NCBI RefSeq assembly: GCF_030028105.1
Contig: NC_092376.1
Coordinates: forward strand, 26,892,009-26,956,008
Direction of reading: 5' to 3'
DNA from: Mobula birostris
Taxonomy: Eukaryota
DNA: 64,000 nucleotides
The position numbers and the translations under genes are program-made. Below, in pieces: positions 51,106 to 62,579 of the stretch (position 1 is its first letter; every line of letters begins with the position of its first letter). The notes under the pieces are model-generated. The model made no database searches and was not told where the DNA came from. It saw nothing but the letters and a program-made list of their open reading frames with translations.

Positions 51106-53943
51106 GGGGATTGAGCGGGACAATAAATCAGCCATGACGGAATGGCGGACCATTCTCAGTGGGCCAAATGGCCTAACTTCATCCCCGTGCCTTATGGTTT
51201 TATGGTCTAAGAAAGAGAAATAGAAAGAAAAGTAATGAGTCTGGGTTGTGAGTAACTGCTGACGTATATTCATATAATGGTTGTTTGCAGAGATATAAGA
51301 CCTTACAACCCAAAGATTGGCTTTGTTGTAGGAGTGTCCACATCAGGATCAAAAGCACAGGGGAAATCAAATACACAACACATCAGAAAATATGGTTCCA
51401 ACTTTGAATGCATGGTGTGTGCAATGCAATGCTTCTGTTATATAATATAATTGGAGCCTAACGTTTAGAAAATGCACCTCTTCGACAATAAATTTACTTT
51501 GAACCTTGAACACTGAAACTGCTTTTATTTTTAATATGATGGATAGAGAATAGTACATTAATGCACACATTCCTCTCCGCAATTCACCTGAACATCAAAC
51601 ACAGAAGATTATTCCTTCCTACAACTATTGAGACATTTCCCCTTGAAAACAACCTTTATAGCCTCTCAACTTTAACTGATTGATGGATTTGAAGGAATTT
51701 TTTGATTCTTTTATTTCTATTGATACTGTTAACTCATTCATTTCAAGGAAGTCTGCTCTTTTAATTAGAATTGGAGTCATGGTTATAGATTTATACAGCA
51801 CAGAAACAGGCCCTTCAGCACAATGTGTCTATGCCAGCCATGGGGCCTTTCTGAGCGAGTCCAATTTGCATGTATCAGGTCCATATCTCTCTGAATTTTT
51901 CCTATCCATGAACATGTGAAAATTTCCTCTAAACACTGTAACTGTATCCTTCACAACCACTTTCTCTATCAGATCTTCCTACACGCCTTCTATTGCCTGT
52001 GTGAAAAACTTGCTCCTCTGGACCCTTTTAAATCTTTCCTCACTCACCTTGAACCTATGTGCTCTAGTTTTTGACTCCCCTACCCTGGGAAAAAGACTAC
52101 GCCCCTCAGGATTTTATAAACCTCATCTACATTCCAGAATAAATAGTCTCTACTTGTAACTTAAGGAGAGACTAGTCTTGCAACATCCTTGTGAATCTTT
52201 TCAGATTCCCCCTCTCCTTTAATCATGGGCTTCCTGCACGTAGCTTGGTGACCAGAAAGGCACACAAAATTGCAGCTGTAGTATCACCAACACTCTATAC
52301 AGTTGCAACATGATACACCAAGTCTAGTACTCAGTGCTTTGTCAGATGAAAACAAGAATGCCATATCCACAGTACTGTAAATGGCAATGAGGTTCACTCC
52401 ATGATAAGCCCAAGACTTTTGCCAGTACTGTACTTCTACGCTGGGTCTCAGCTCCACAACACTCCCCAGGGGCCTGTTGTTCAGAGTGTAAGTCCTGCCC
52501 TGGTTTAACTTTCCTAAATGCTTTCCTGTCTCACCCTTCAGTAACTTACCCATCATTGATGTTAGGCTCACAGGATGGTAGTTCAGAGGATGTGCTCTCC
52601 AATGCATTGATAAAATTGTGAAAATATTAAGCGACGATGAAAGGTTACACAAACTCCTTTTGAGTAGCCTGATAGCAGAATGCTGCACGTGGTAGAGACT
52701 TGATGTTAAAAACAAAATGATAGAAATGTTCTGCAGGTCAGAAAGCGTAAGTATATAGTATTTAAATTTACACTCAGTGGCCACTTTATAAGATGCACCT
52801 GTACACCTTCTCGTTAAATCAAATATCTAATCAGCCAATCATGTGGCAGCAACTCAATACATAAAAGCATGCAGGCATGATCAAGAGGTTCAGCTGTTGT
52901 TCAGACCAAACATCAGAATGGGGAAGAAATGTGACCCAGTGACTTTGACCGTGGAATGATCGTTGGTGCCTGGTTTGACTATCTCAGAAACTGCTGAGAT
53001 CTTAGCCTGACAGTATAGAGCAATAGAATCATAGAATATTACAGCACAGAAACAGGCTCTTTGGGGCATCTAGTCCATTCCAACCTGATCTGCTTAGTCC
53101 CATCCACCTGCACCTGGAACATATCCTTGTAAACCCCGTCCATCCACATGCATATCCAAAATTCTCTTAAATTTTGTAATTAAACTCACATCTACCACTT
53201 TCCCCGGCAGGTTACTTCTGCACTTGCAAAACCCTATGGGTGAAGGAGCTCTCTCTCAGATACCCCTTAACCATTTCACCTTTCACTCTAAAGTACCCGT
53301 GAACATTCACTATATTTTTAGACGTTAACACAGATACAGTAGAGTTTAATAAGTTAAATATATTGATGATTTCAAAAACTGCAAATTTACATGAAATAAC
53401 AAATTGTTTGCATGATTCTCTAAAGAAAAATAATGATCGATTATTTTAGAATATCCTTCTCAATTCATCTTGTGAACATTTGTTGAGATTTTTCGAAGTA
53501 TTATTGATGCTGAATTTCTGACAATGCTTTTATGTCTTAAAGCAGAATAGCGCTCGGCAACATAAGAGACAGAAGACAAAATCCTATACAATGCATTGCT
53601 TTGGAAGGGATCAATTAATTCAAGTGGTTTAGTTGTACGTTTGTAAATATTGGGGTAAGCAACAATAACATTCTCTTAATAGTCTTAATAAAAATATTGT
53701 ATTAATTATTCAGTCATCATAAATCTGAGACCATGACAACTGGACTATGAATATTAATAATCCAATTTTTATCTTACTTCTGAGATGTGTTAGAAAAATG
53801 TGTCTTCATATTCAATAAGAAATTTAATTGAAATTGTATGAGATTAACCCTCACTATACATGTAAAATCAATATTCAAGGTCATTAAATGAGCTAATTGT
53901 TACAAAAGCTCATCTAGAATTTAGGGAAGGTATCTGCCTTTCC

Positions 53944-54164
53944 AAGCTGGCTAATGGCATAGTGGCATCAGTGCTGGACTTCGGAGCGAAGACTCCCGAG
54001 TTCGAATCCAGCTGGCTCCTGTGCACGCTTTCCACCCATGCTGGGTTGAGCATCAAGCTAGCAACTCGGCCTTGTAAAAATAAGAAAGCCTGCTAAAAAA
54101 ACGCAGTCATGACGGCGTCCCGATGACTCCACTCGGAGTTAAGTGCTTTCTTCTTTCTTCTTCT
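53944..54164 (+). mobile_element. tRNA-derived SINE inserted in a pseudo-exon
   Basis: A box TGGCATAGTGG, B box GTTCGAATCC, (TTC)n tail; perfect 11-bp TSD TCTGCCTTTCC (53933-53943, 54165-54175). Confidence 0.85.
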
Positions 54165-54351
54165 TCTGCCTTTCCTACACAGACTATCTATGATTGCAGA
54201 CTCAACAATATGATTGATTTTCACCTGCCTTGGGGGAAATATAGATGGATCATAAATGCTTGCCATATCATGTGAACAAAAAAGGTTCAATAGAATATAC
54301 TGTAACAAAAAACCTAAACCTAACTCCAAGGGTTTCCCTGCAGGAAATTTT

Positions 54352-54896
54352 CACACAGTGACCACTTTATCAGGTACACCTGTTCAATCATGCAAATCAG
54401 TCAATCTAATCAACCAATCATGTGGCAGCAACTCAATGAATAAAAGCATGCATATACGGTCAAGAGACTCAGTTGTTGTTCAGAACGGGGGAAGAAATGT
54501 GATCTGTGACTTTGACTGTGGAGTGATTGTTAGGAGCCAGACAGGGTGGTTTCAGTATCTCAGAAACTGCTGATCTCCTGGAATTTCCACGCACAACAGT
54601 CTCTAGAGTTTACAGAGAATGGTGCAAAAAACAGAGGATCATCTAGTGAGTGGCAGTTCTGTGGACAAAAACACCTGATTAATGAGAGAGGCCAGAGGAG
54701 AATGGTCAGAGTGGTTTGAGCTGATGGAAGGTGACAGTAACTCAAATAACCAAGTATTACAACAGAAGTGTGCAGAAAAGCATCTCGGAATGCACAACAT
54801 GTCAACCCTTGAAGTGGATGGACTACAGCAGCAGAAGACCATGGAGATACACTCAGTGGCTACTTTACTAACTTAATAAAATGGCCACTGAATGTA
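54352..54896 (+). mobile_element. Non-autonomous Tc1-family element (partial copy also at about 52770-53000)
   Basis: TIR-like CAGTGACCACTTTATCAGGTAC ... AATAAAATGGCCACTGAATG-TA; transposase HTH remnant. Confidence 0.7.
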
Positions 54897-55389
54897 GCTT
54901 TAAATTGTTCACTAGAAGTCAGACTTCAACATCAGAAATTTGTCTTAAAATATTAACAGTTGGGCAATGTTTGTTATAGTGTGTTTGTGATAGTCTATGT
55001 GGATTCACCCATTGAAACTAGCCCTCTATATTCCCTCTGAGAAAACAAGGCCATAACTGAGGCTTGTTAATATCTAGGAGCACAGTGGATGAAGCAGCAT
55101 CAGTAAAGGGAAACAGACAGTCAACATTTCAGGACAAGACCCTTCACCTGAGAAGTCGAAGGGAAATAACCAGTGCGAAGAGGTGAGGGCATGGTGTAGG
55201 GCCAGAGCTGGAAAGCGATAGGTGGATTCAGATGGGGGGGGTGGAGGAGAAAGGAAAAGTGGAAATAGCAACAGAGGCTGACAGGTGTCAAGTGGAGGTA
55301 ATAACGGGCTGCAGGTGTTGGAACCTGTTACAAAAGGAAGGTGGAACTAAATAAAGAAGGTGGTGTAGGCAGATTGGGACAGCGGGGTG

Positions 55390-56055
55390 AGGGAACCCAA
55401 CTGGAAGAGTTGGAGAGGGAATTCACTTGGATGAGTGTGAGAGATTACACCCAGATGGAAGAGTTGGAGAAGAGATCCAGTTGGAAGTGTTGGAATGGAG
55501 ACCCAGTTGGAAGTGTTGGAGAGGGGATACACAGATGAAAGATTAGGAGAGGACACCCAGTTGGAAGAGTTGGAGATGGACCAAGTTGGAAGAGTGTGAG
55601 AGAGGGGACACAGCTGGAAGAGTGTGATAGAAGGTTCCCAGTTGGAAAAGCTGGAGAGGGGACACAGCTGGAAGAGTGTGTGAGAGGGGACCCGGTTAGA
55701 AGAGTTGGAAAGGAGACATGGTTGGAAGGGTTGAAGAATGTGAGAGAAGGAATCCAGCTGGAAGAGTTGGAGAGGGGACTCGATTCGAAGGTTTGGAGAG
55801 GGAACTCAATTCAAAGGTTTGAAGAGGGAACTTGATTTGAAGGTTTGGAGAGGGGACTCGGTTGGAAGAATGTGTGAGAGGGAACTCAGTTGGAAGAGTT
55901 GGAGAGGAGACCCAGTTGGAAGAGTGTGAGAGAGGGAATCCAGCAGGAAGAATTGGAGAGGGGATCTGGCTGGAAGGTTTGGAGAGGGGATCTGGCTGGA
56001 AGGTTTGGAGAGGGGATTCGGCTGGACGATTTGGAGAGGAGACCCAGTTGGAAGG
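55390..56055. repeat. Degenerate purine-rich minisatellite (about 26-29 bp unit) inside a PLE fragment
   Basis: Repeated CAGYTGGAAGAGTTGGAGAGGGGA; flanked by reverse-oriented PLE sequence (about 55075-55385 and 56055-56220). Confidence 0.8.
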
Positions 56056-57269
56056 CTATATGGTGGGGAAAGAAACAGGGTCAGGGACCTGGGAAGTTGG
56101 GGGGGGGGGGGAAAGAGAGACTGGGAGTTTGGTGTGTGAGGATAGACCAGGAGGAGAGAGAAAGTGACATAGTGGGAGAAGGTTAACTGAAACTGGAGAA
56201 TTCAATCTTTATGCCCCAGGCAAAATATGGTGCTTGTCATCAGTTTTTATTTGCCACAGTTACCAGCATCTGCACTCTTGTGTGTATCCAAGCTTGTGTT
56301 TCCAGTACTCATACTGTGATTTTTTTTATTAGTAACTTTGTACCTTTTCCTCTTTTTCTTCTTTATTTCTTCCTTTCCCCCAAACCAGTGTGCTTTCTGC
56401 TCCAACATACAACGTGCTAGAGGAACTCAGCAAATCAGGCAGCATCTATGGAGAGAAATGGACAGTCAACTCAGGAACATTACCTCATTAGTCATATTTT
56501 TTGCACTATTCATTTATTTTGTAATTTATACTAGTTTGATGTCTTACACTGTAATTTCAGATCCTATCAGACAGTGATAATAAACCTGATTCTGATTCTG
56601 ACATTTTGGGTCAAGACTGTTCATCGGGACTTCCAGAACCAAAAGGTTAAATGTCTGTTTCTCTCCACAGATCTGCTGATGTCCTTCAGTATGTTGTGCA
56701 TTGCTTCAGATCTCAGCACTTGTGGTATCTTGTGCCCCATGCTATCTCTAGAATATTTCTACAGATGTACTGTGGAGAGCACTCTGACTGCTTGCATCAC
56801 TGTCTTATATGGAGGGTCCAATGCCCAGGATTGAAAGAGGCTGCAGAGGTTTTTAGACTTCTCCATCACTCACAAGCTGCCACACCATTGAGGACATCTT
56901 CAAAAGTCAGTGCCTCAGGAAGTCAACAGCCAACGTTAAGGATCTTCATTAGCCAGGATTCTCTTTTCACTGCTACCATCAGGAAGGAGGTAAAGAAACT
57001 TGAAGACCCTCACAACGTTCCGTGTACAACTTCTTTCCCTTTGCTATCAGATTTCTGAACGGTCCATGAACCCATCAACACTTACCTCGCAGTTCCTCTT
57101 TTGTCCTTTTTATTTGTTCATTTTTTTGTAATTTATTGTAATTTCTCTACGTTTTGATCTATACCACTGCTACAAAAGAACGTATTTCACGACTTATGTC
57201 AGTGATAATAAACGGGATTCTGATTCTGACCTGACTGTCAGATTTGCCTGTGTTTCGGCTACAGTAATG

Positions 57270-57548
57270 GAGGTGGGGGCATCCCAGAATCCCCCTCGGC
57301 AGTAAATTGCCTGTATAACATCCGCCGGGTGTTGTGCGGTACTCCCGCCTGTAGATGGCGGCATGCGAGGGCGAAACGCGTCCCCTCAGCATTTGCAGTG
57401 ACAGTGACAGACGCTGCTGAAAGTTGAAAGTGGAACGAAGTGCTGCATGTAACCGTGGAAGCACTCGGAAGGGGATCGGGTGAGTGAATTTGCCTCACAT
57501 TTCAGTCTGCTCCCGCTGCTTGCCAGTACGCCTGTTTGGGTTTTGCAG
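57270..57548 (+). promoter_or_regulatory. LIPT1 promoter, non-coding exon 1 and predicted 69-nt intron (57480-57548)
   Basis: CpG-rich; CCTGTAGATGGCGGC (YY1/CTCF-like) at about 57348-57362; donor CGG|GTGAGT at 57480; acceptor ggttttgcag|57549, 7 nt before the ATG. Confidence 0.65.
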
Positions 57549-57555
57549 CGACCTG

Positions 57556-58683
57556 ATGCCCTACCTGCATGCTGGTCTCCGAGCAGCTTGGAGAGGGCTC
57601 TCCCCTGCTCGGTACGCCACTCTGACCGCTTTGCAAGACCCTAAGGCCGGCGCCCTTGTCCTGAAGTCCCTATCCACCGATGTCTACGAGAACCTGGGGC
57701 TGGAGGACTGGCTGCACCAGTGCGTGGAGCCCCGGGACCGGGAGATGCTCCTGCTCTGGAGGAATAGCCCTGCCGTGGTCATCGGCCGCCACCAGAACCC
57801 CTGGCAGGAATGCAACTTGAAGCTCATGAGGCACAAGGGCGTCCAGCTTAGCCGCAGGAGAAGCGGGGGAGGCACAGTCTACCACGACCTGGGCAACATT
57901 AACGTGACCTTCTTTACCTCCAAGAAGCGATACGACAGGCGCGGCAACCTGGAACTGATCATCTCTGCCCTGAAGGGAATTCGACCTCACTTGGACATCA
58001 TGGCCACCGACAGGCTGGATCTGCTGCTCAACCGCGCCTTCAAGATCTCGGGGACAGCCTCCAAGATCGGAAGGACCACTGCTTACCACCATTGCACCTT
58101 GCTTTGTAATTCAGATAGCTCCCTATTGTCCTCTGTGCTCTGCACTCCTCATCAGGGTCTGAAAAGCAATGCTACCCCTAGTATACCTGCCATTGTGAAA
58201 AACCTCCAGGAAGAGGATCCCACTCTCACTTGCGACATCTTGATGGATGCTATTGCAGCAGAATATTCAAGGCGCCATGGCCTCCAGAACCAAATCTTGT
58301 TCATAGACCCCAAAGACACATTGGTGCTGCCAGGAGTTGACAGGTTTACGCAAGAGCTTAAAAGCTGGGACTGGATCTATGGAAGAACCCCCACGTTTAA
58401 TGTCTGTCACACCTTCTCTGTGGACCATAACTTATCAAAGGCAGAAGTTAAATTGAGTATGAATATCAACCGTGGCCGGATTGAAACCTGTAACATTGAT
58501 GTCTTGTCTGACTGGCTGCCTTCGGAAATGTGTGACCAGTTGTCCACAGACCTCATCGGCAGCAAGTTTTGTCCCACTGAAACGATGGTTTTGGCAAATG
58601 CCCACTTAAGGGTTTGTCCCCAGGATAGTATACTCCATAATAAATGGAATATGCTTTGTGAGCAAGTTATGGCAATTATGTAA
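57556..58683 (+). CDS. LIPT1: Lipoyltransferase 1, mitochondrial (375 aa, single coding exon)
   Basis: LplA-family motifs LWRNSPAVVIGRHQNPWQECN, RRRSGGGTVYHDLGN, KISGTA, YHHCTLL, SWDWIYGRTP; Arg/Leu-rich N-terminal presequence; ATTAAA at 58855. Confidence 0.97.
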   Translation: MPYLHAGLRAAWRGLSPARYATLTALQDPKAGALVLKSLSTDVYENLGLEDWLHQCVEPRDREMLLLWRNSPAVVIGRHQNPWQECNLKLMRHKGVQLSRRRSGGGTVYHDLGNINVTFFTSKKRYDRRGNLELIISALKGIRPHLDIMATDRLDLLLNRAFKISGTASKIGRTTAYHHCTLLCNSDSSLLSSVLCTPHQGLKSNATPSIPAIVKNLQEEDPTLTCDILMDAIAAEYSRRHGLQNQILFIDPKDTLVLPGVDRFTQELKSWDWIYGRTPTFNVCHTFSVDHNLSKAEVKLSMNINRGRIETCNIDVLSDWLPSEMCDQLSTDLIGSKFCPTETMVLANAHLRVCPQDSILHNKWNMLCEQVMAIM

Positions 58684-58875
58684 TTTTTGGTCTGAATGAT
58701 TGTAGAGGATATGTTGTACATCTGGATAGACTTGAATTTAACACAGCTGAAACTGCAAGCTGTTAGCTTGAATCTAGAGAGGGTTTGTTCTATTTTTTAA
58801 CTCTTACTCAAAGATGAATTTTACCAGAACATTTTCTCTTTTATACTCCACTTTATTAAATTAAATATGAAAATA

Positions 58876-59416
58876 CACTCAATGACCGCTTTATTGGGTA
58901 CAGGAATGAACCTGATGTGGTCTTCTGTCTCTGTCACCCATCTACTTCAAGGTTCAACGCATTGTGTTCAGAGAGACTGCTCTTCACTCCACTGTAGTAA
59001 CAAGTGGTTATCTGAGTTACTGTCTCCTTCCCGTTAGCTTGAACCAGTCTGGTCATTCTCTAACCTCTCTCATTAATGTGGCATTTTCGCCCAGAGAACT
59101 GCCACTCACTAGTTTTTTTTTTGATTTTTGCTCCATTCTTTGTAAACTCTACAGATTGTTGGGCATGAAAATCCCAGGAGATCAGCAGTTTCTGAGACAC
59201 TCAAAACACCCTGTCTGGTACCAACAGCTATTCCACAGTCAAAGTTACTTAGATCGTATTTCTTCCCCATTCTGATGTCTGATCTGAGCAACAACTGAAC
59301 CTCTTAACCATGTTGGTGTGCTGTTCTTTGTTCGGTTGCTGCCAGATGATTGGTTGTTTAGATATTTGCATTAATGAGCAAGGTACAAGTGTACCTAATA
59401 AAGTGGGCACTAAGTG
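58876..59416 (-). mobile_element. Non-autonomous Tc1-family element
   Basis: TA-flanked TIRs CACTCAATGACCGCTTTATTGGGTAC / GTACCTAATAAAGTGGGCACTAAGTG; MGKKYDLSNFD...SETADLLGFS. Confidence 0.8.
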
Positions 59417-59955
59417 TAATTGCACATACAAACTGCTGGAGGAACTCAGCAGACCAGGCAGCAACTATGGCAAAAAGTAAACAATTGACATTTCAGGCTG
59501 AGATGCTGCTATCCCATAAATGCTGCCTGTCCTGCTGAGTTCCTCCAGCATTTTGTGTGTGTTGCTTTGGATTTCCAGCATCTGTCAGGGTTATTTCAGT
59601 GTGAATAGAAACAGGGTGCTTAATTTTAAATTAAAATTGGAAATTTTTGGAATTATGCTGCCTTGGTCTCTATGTATTTCCAGCATTGCCCATTTATTGC
59701 AGATTCCACCCTTTTGAGGTATTTTTACAGAGCCCTTGAATTTTAATCTAGAGATTTAAAATCCCATTCTGGGTCGCTGAAGAAATTAAATTTGAAGAAA
59801 TTAATATTTCTGCAATTTAAAAGGAAGCTCATCCCAGAAATGATATACACAATCTTCTGGATTGTGAAAACAAACAGCGTGTTTACTTGAGCATTGAAAA
59901 CGACTGTATGTGAAGTTCAAAGTACAGTTATTATTGAAGTATGTATGCACTATAC

Positions 59956-61230
59956 CAGTGGTCCCCAACCACCGGGCCGTGAGGAAACAATATGATTTGG
60001 CAGCGTGACCGTGTTGCCGACTTGCTGGTTGGCGCCTTCTTGCCCAGACTCTTGGTGGCAGATATGCCAAATGTAACTGACCAAAAAACATTTTTCTTAA
60101 AATAAAAATGTTTTAGAAAAAGGATGGTATGTAATTTTCGTGCAGATAATTTTAGCATGTAAAAAAGCCAGGAAAAAGCCAAAAAGCCAGATGAATTTTC
60201 TGACGACAACCACATTGGGAGGGGGAGGTGGGGCCTAGCAGAAGTTAGAGAAGTTGATGTTCATGCCATCAGGTTGGAGGCTACCCAGACGGAATATAAG
60301 CTGTTGTTCCTCCAACCTGAGTGTGGCTTCATCTTTACAGTAGCTAGGCCCCACCTCCCCCTCGTACCCCATCTGTTACTTATTTTTATGCACACATTCT
60401 TTCTCTCACTCTCCTTTTTCTCCCTCTGTCCCTCTGAATATACCTCTTGCCCATCCTCTGGGTCCCCCCCCCCTTGTCTTTCTTCCCGGACCTCCTGTCC
60501 CATGATCCCCTCGTATCCCCTTTTGCCAATCACCTGTCCAGCTCTTGGCTCCATCCCTCCCCCTCCTGTCTTCTCCTATCATTTTGGATCTCCCCCTCCC
60601 CCTCCAACTTTCAAATCCCTTACTCACTCTTCCTTCAGTTAGTCCTGACGAAGGGTCTCGGCCTGAAACGTTGACCGCACCTCTTCCTACAGATGCTGCC
60701 TGGCCTGCTGCGTTCACCAGCAACTTTGATGTGTGTTGCTTGAATTTCCAGCATCTGCAGAATTCCTGTTGTTTGGATATAAGGAACCACCTTCCAGTAT
60801 CACCCCTCAATGTGACCATCTTGTTACCGGAAACAAGCCCAGGGCTCCCACTGATTCAGCAATGTAGGTGTGTTGCAATGATTTTATATGTTCATACAAG
60901 GAAAATATGCACTGTGTTTAATATCCAAATGTTACTGAAAATGTTATGATGCTATTGACTTATAAATGATTTATAATTGACTTATCACTTTCATGCGAGG
61001 AAAATATGCGCGGTGTGTTTAATATTAAATTCATTAGATAAACCCTTTTAGAAACAAAATTGAGTTTATTAGCCACTTATAAGTGCCTTAGTTGAATTAT
61101 CACCTATATTCCAGTCGTGATTAACGCCTTCCCTGACCGCCCCCCCCCCCCCCCCCCGCCGTCGGCCAGTCCGCAGGAATATTGTCAATATTAAACCGGT
61201 CCGCGGTGCAAAAAAGGTTGGGGACCATTG
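59956..61230. mobile_element. hAT (Charlie-like) non-autonomous transposon containing a PLE insertion (about 60215-60775)
   Basis: TIRs CAGTGGTCCCCAACC / GGTTGGGGACCATTG; 8-bp TSD CACTATAC/CTCTATAC; PLE part encodes DEATLRLEEQQLIFRLGSLQPDGMNINF on the minus strand, inverted to its pLTR. Confidence 0.85.
60640..60677 (+). ncRNA. Minimal PLE hammerhead ribozyme
   Basis: TAGTC CTGACGA AGGGTCTCGGCCT GAA ACGT T GACCG; core intact, GUU triplet, stem I partly mismatched. Confidence 0.6.
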
Positions 61231-61339
61231 CTCTATACAGCCTTGAGATTCGTCTCCTTACAGGCAGCCACAAAACAAAGAAACCCAATAGAACCCATTT
61301 TTAACAAAAGATTGTCGAACACCCAACTCTACTTGCTTT

Positions 61340-62335
61340 ACACTTATGACCATGTGGCTAAGCACGGCTTCAATGCTATATTCAAGTTTGCTGCCGTAGG
61401 CTGAATCAAAGATCGTGATAAACCACCACACAGGAGGAGATTGAAAATCTGGCCGAGTAGTGCCATAACAGCAACCTTTCACTCAATGTCAGCAAGACCC
61501 AGGATCTGAGTATCAATTTCAGGTGAAGGAAACCAGTAGTCCATGAGTCAATCCTCAATGGAGGATCGGAGACAGAGAGGGTTTAAATTCCTAGGTGTTA
61601 TTATTTCAGAGGACCTGTCCTGGGCCGAGCACGTGTGCAATTATGAAGAAAGCATGGAAGCACCTCTACTTCCTTTGGAGTCTACGATGATTTGGCATGA
61701 CATCTAAAACTTTGTCAAACTCCTATAGAGTATATTGACTGGCTGCATGCCAGCCTAGTATGGAAACACCAATTCCCTGAATGGAAACTTCTACAAAAAG
61801 TAATGGATATGGCCCGGTCCATCACAGGTAAAGACCTCCCAATCATTGAGCCCATCTATACGGAGTGTTGTCACAGGAAAGCAGCATCCACCATCACCCA
61901 GCCCATGTTCTCGTCTCACTGTTGCCGTCAGGAAGAAGATACAAGAGCCTTCGGATTTGTACCACCAGGTTTAGCAATAGTTGCTACTCCTCAACCATCA
62001 GTCTCTGAACAAAGGGGATAACTTCACTCGGAGTATCAGTTCACTTGCCCCATCATTGAGATGTTCTCACAACCAATGGACTCACTTTCAAATACGCTTC
62101 ATCTCATGTTCTTGATCATTATTATTTATTTATATTATTGTTTCTTATTGCATTTGCACAGTTTGGTGTCTTCTGCACTCTGATTGAATCCACAAGTTGA
62201 GCGGTCTTTCATTGATTCTGTTACAATCTATAGTCTATAGATTTGTTGAGTATGCCCACAAGAAAAAGAATCTCAGGGCTGTGTATGGTGACATATATGT
62301 ACTTTGATAATAAATTTACTTTGAACTTTGAATGT
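61340..62335 (+). mobile_element. Rex1/Babar-like LINE 3' fragment
   Basis: KFA remnant, FKFLGVIISEDLSW, tail aataaatttactttgaactttgaa. Confidence 0.65.
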
Positions 62336-62579
62336 GCAGGAAAAAATACAAATCGTGAATACTATAACAGTGAGCAAACAATGTTCAGAACGAATTTCAC
62401 AAAAGTGAGTGCGCAGCCATGAAGCCGGTCATCACTGCAGCCGGTCTTGGAGCTCATTGGTTGCTGGCCACAGCCTCAGCTCAGCATAGAGACGGTTAAA
62501 CGTTGTGGAGCAGCTAGCAGAACACTGGCCCGTCCCTCTTCTATTGCCCCAACCGTATTTTATTTCCTCTCATTTTGTG

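Larger units (their letters stand above)
45180..54337 (-). pseudogene. Decayed multi-exon gene, LRRIQ3-like (LRR + IQ-like + coiled-coil tail), head-to-head with LIPT1
   Basis: Collinear remnants: LRR-like QLAHLMTLNIDFTCI (53899-53855); 71 open codons 53675-53463 ending RNSASIILRK; segments 51590-51770, 48216-48590, 47440-47573 (MDLLLAVA*WEEKE), 46031-46194 (MEIDFAVRFNRSKH), about 45230-45310 (ANHQQARAGAQIQK); splice sites retained; many stops and frameshifts. Confidence 0.5.

Noticed and set aside
53944-54015. tRNA gene (also about 25443-25510)
   Set aside because: A and B boxes continue into SINE bodies with tails and TSDs; no complete cloverleaf.
55341-56186. Glu/Gly-rich ORFs
   Set aside because: Translations of the minisatellite.
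57484-57555. N-terminal extension of LIPT1 in the ORF track (399 aa from a GTG)
   Set aside because: The GTG overlaps the GTGAGT donor and the extension is mostly the predicted intron; the first in-frame ATG is 57556.
57670-58092. 140-aa antisense ORF within LIPT1
   Set aside because: Shadow of GC3-rich codon usage on the opposite strand.
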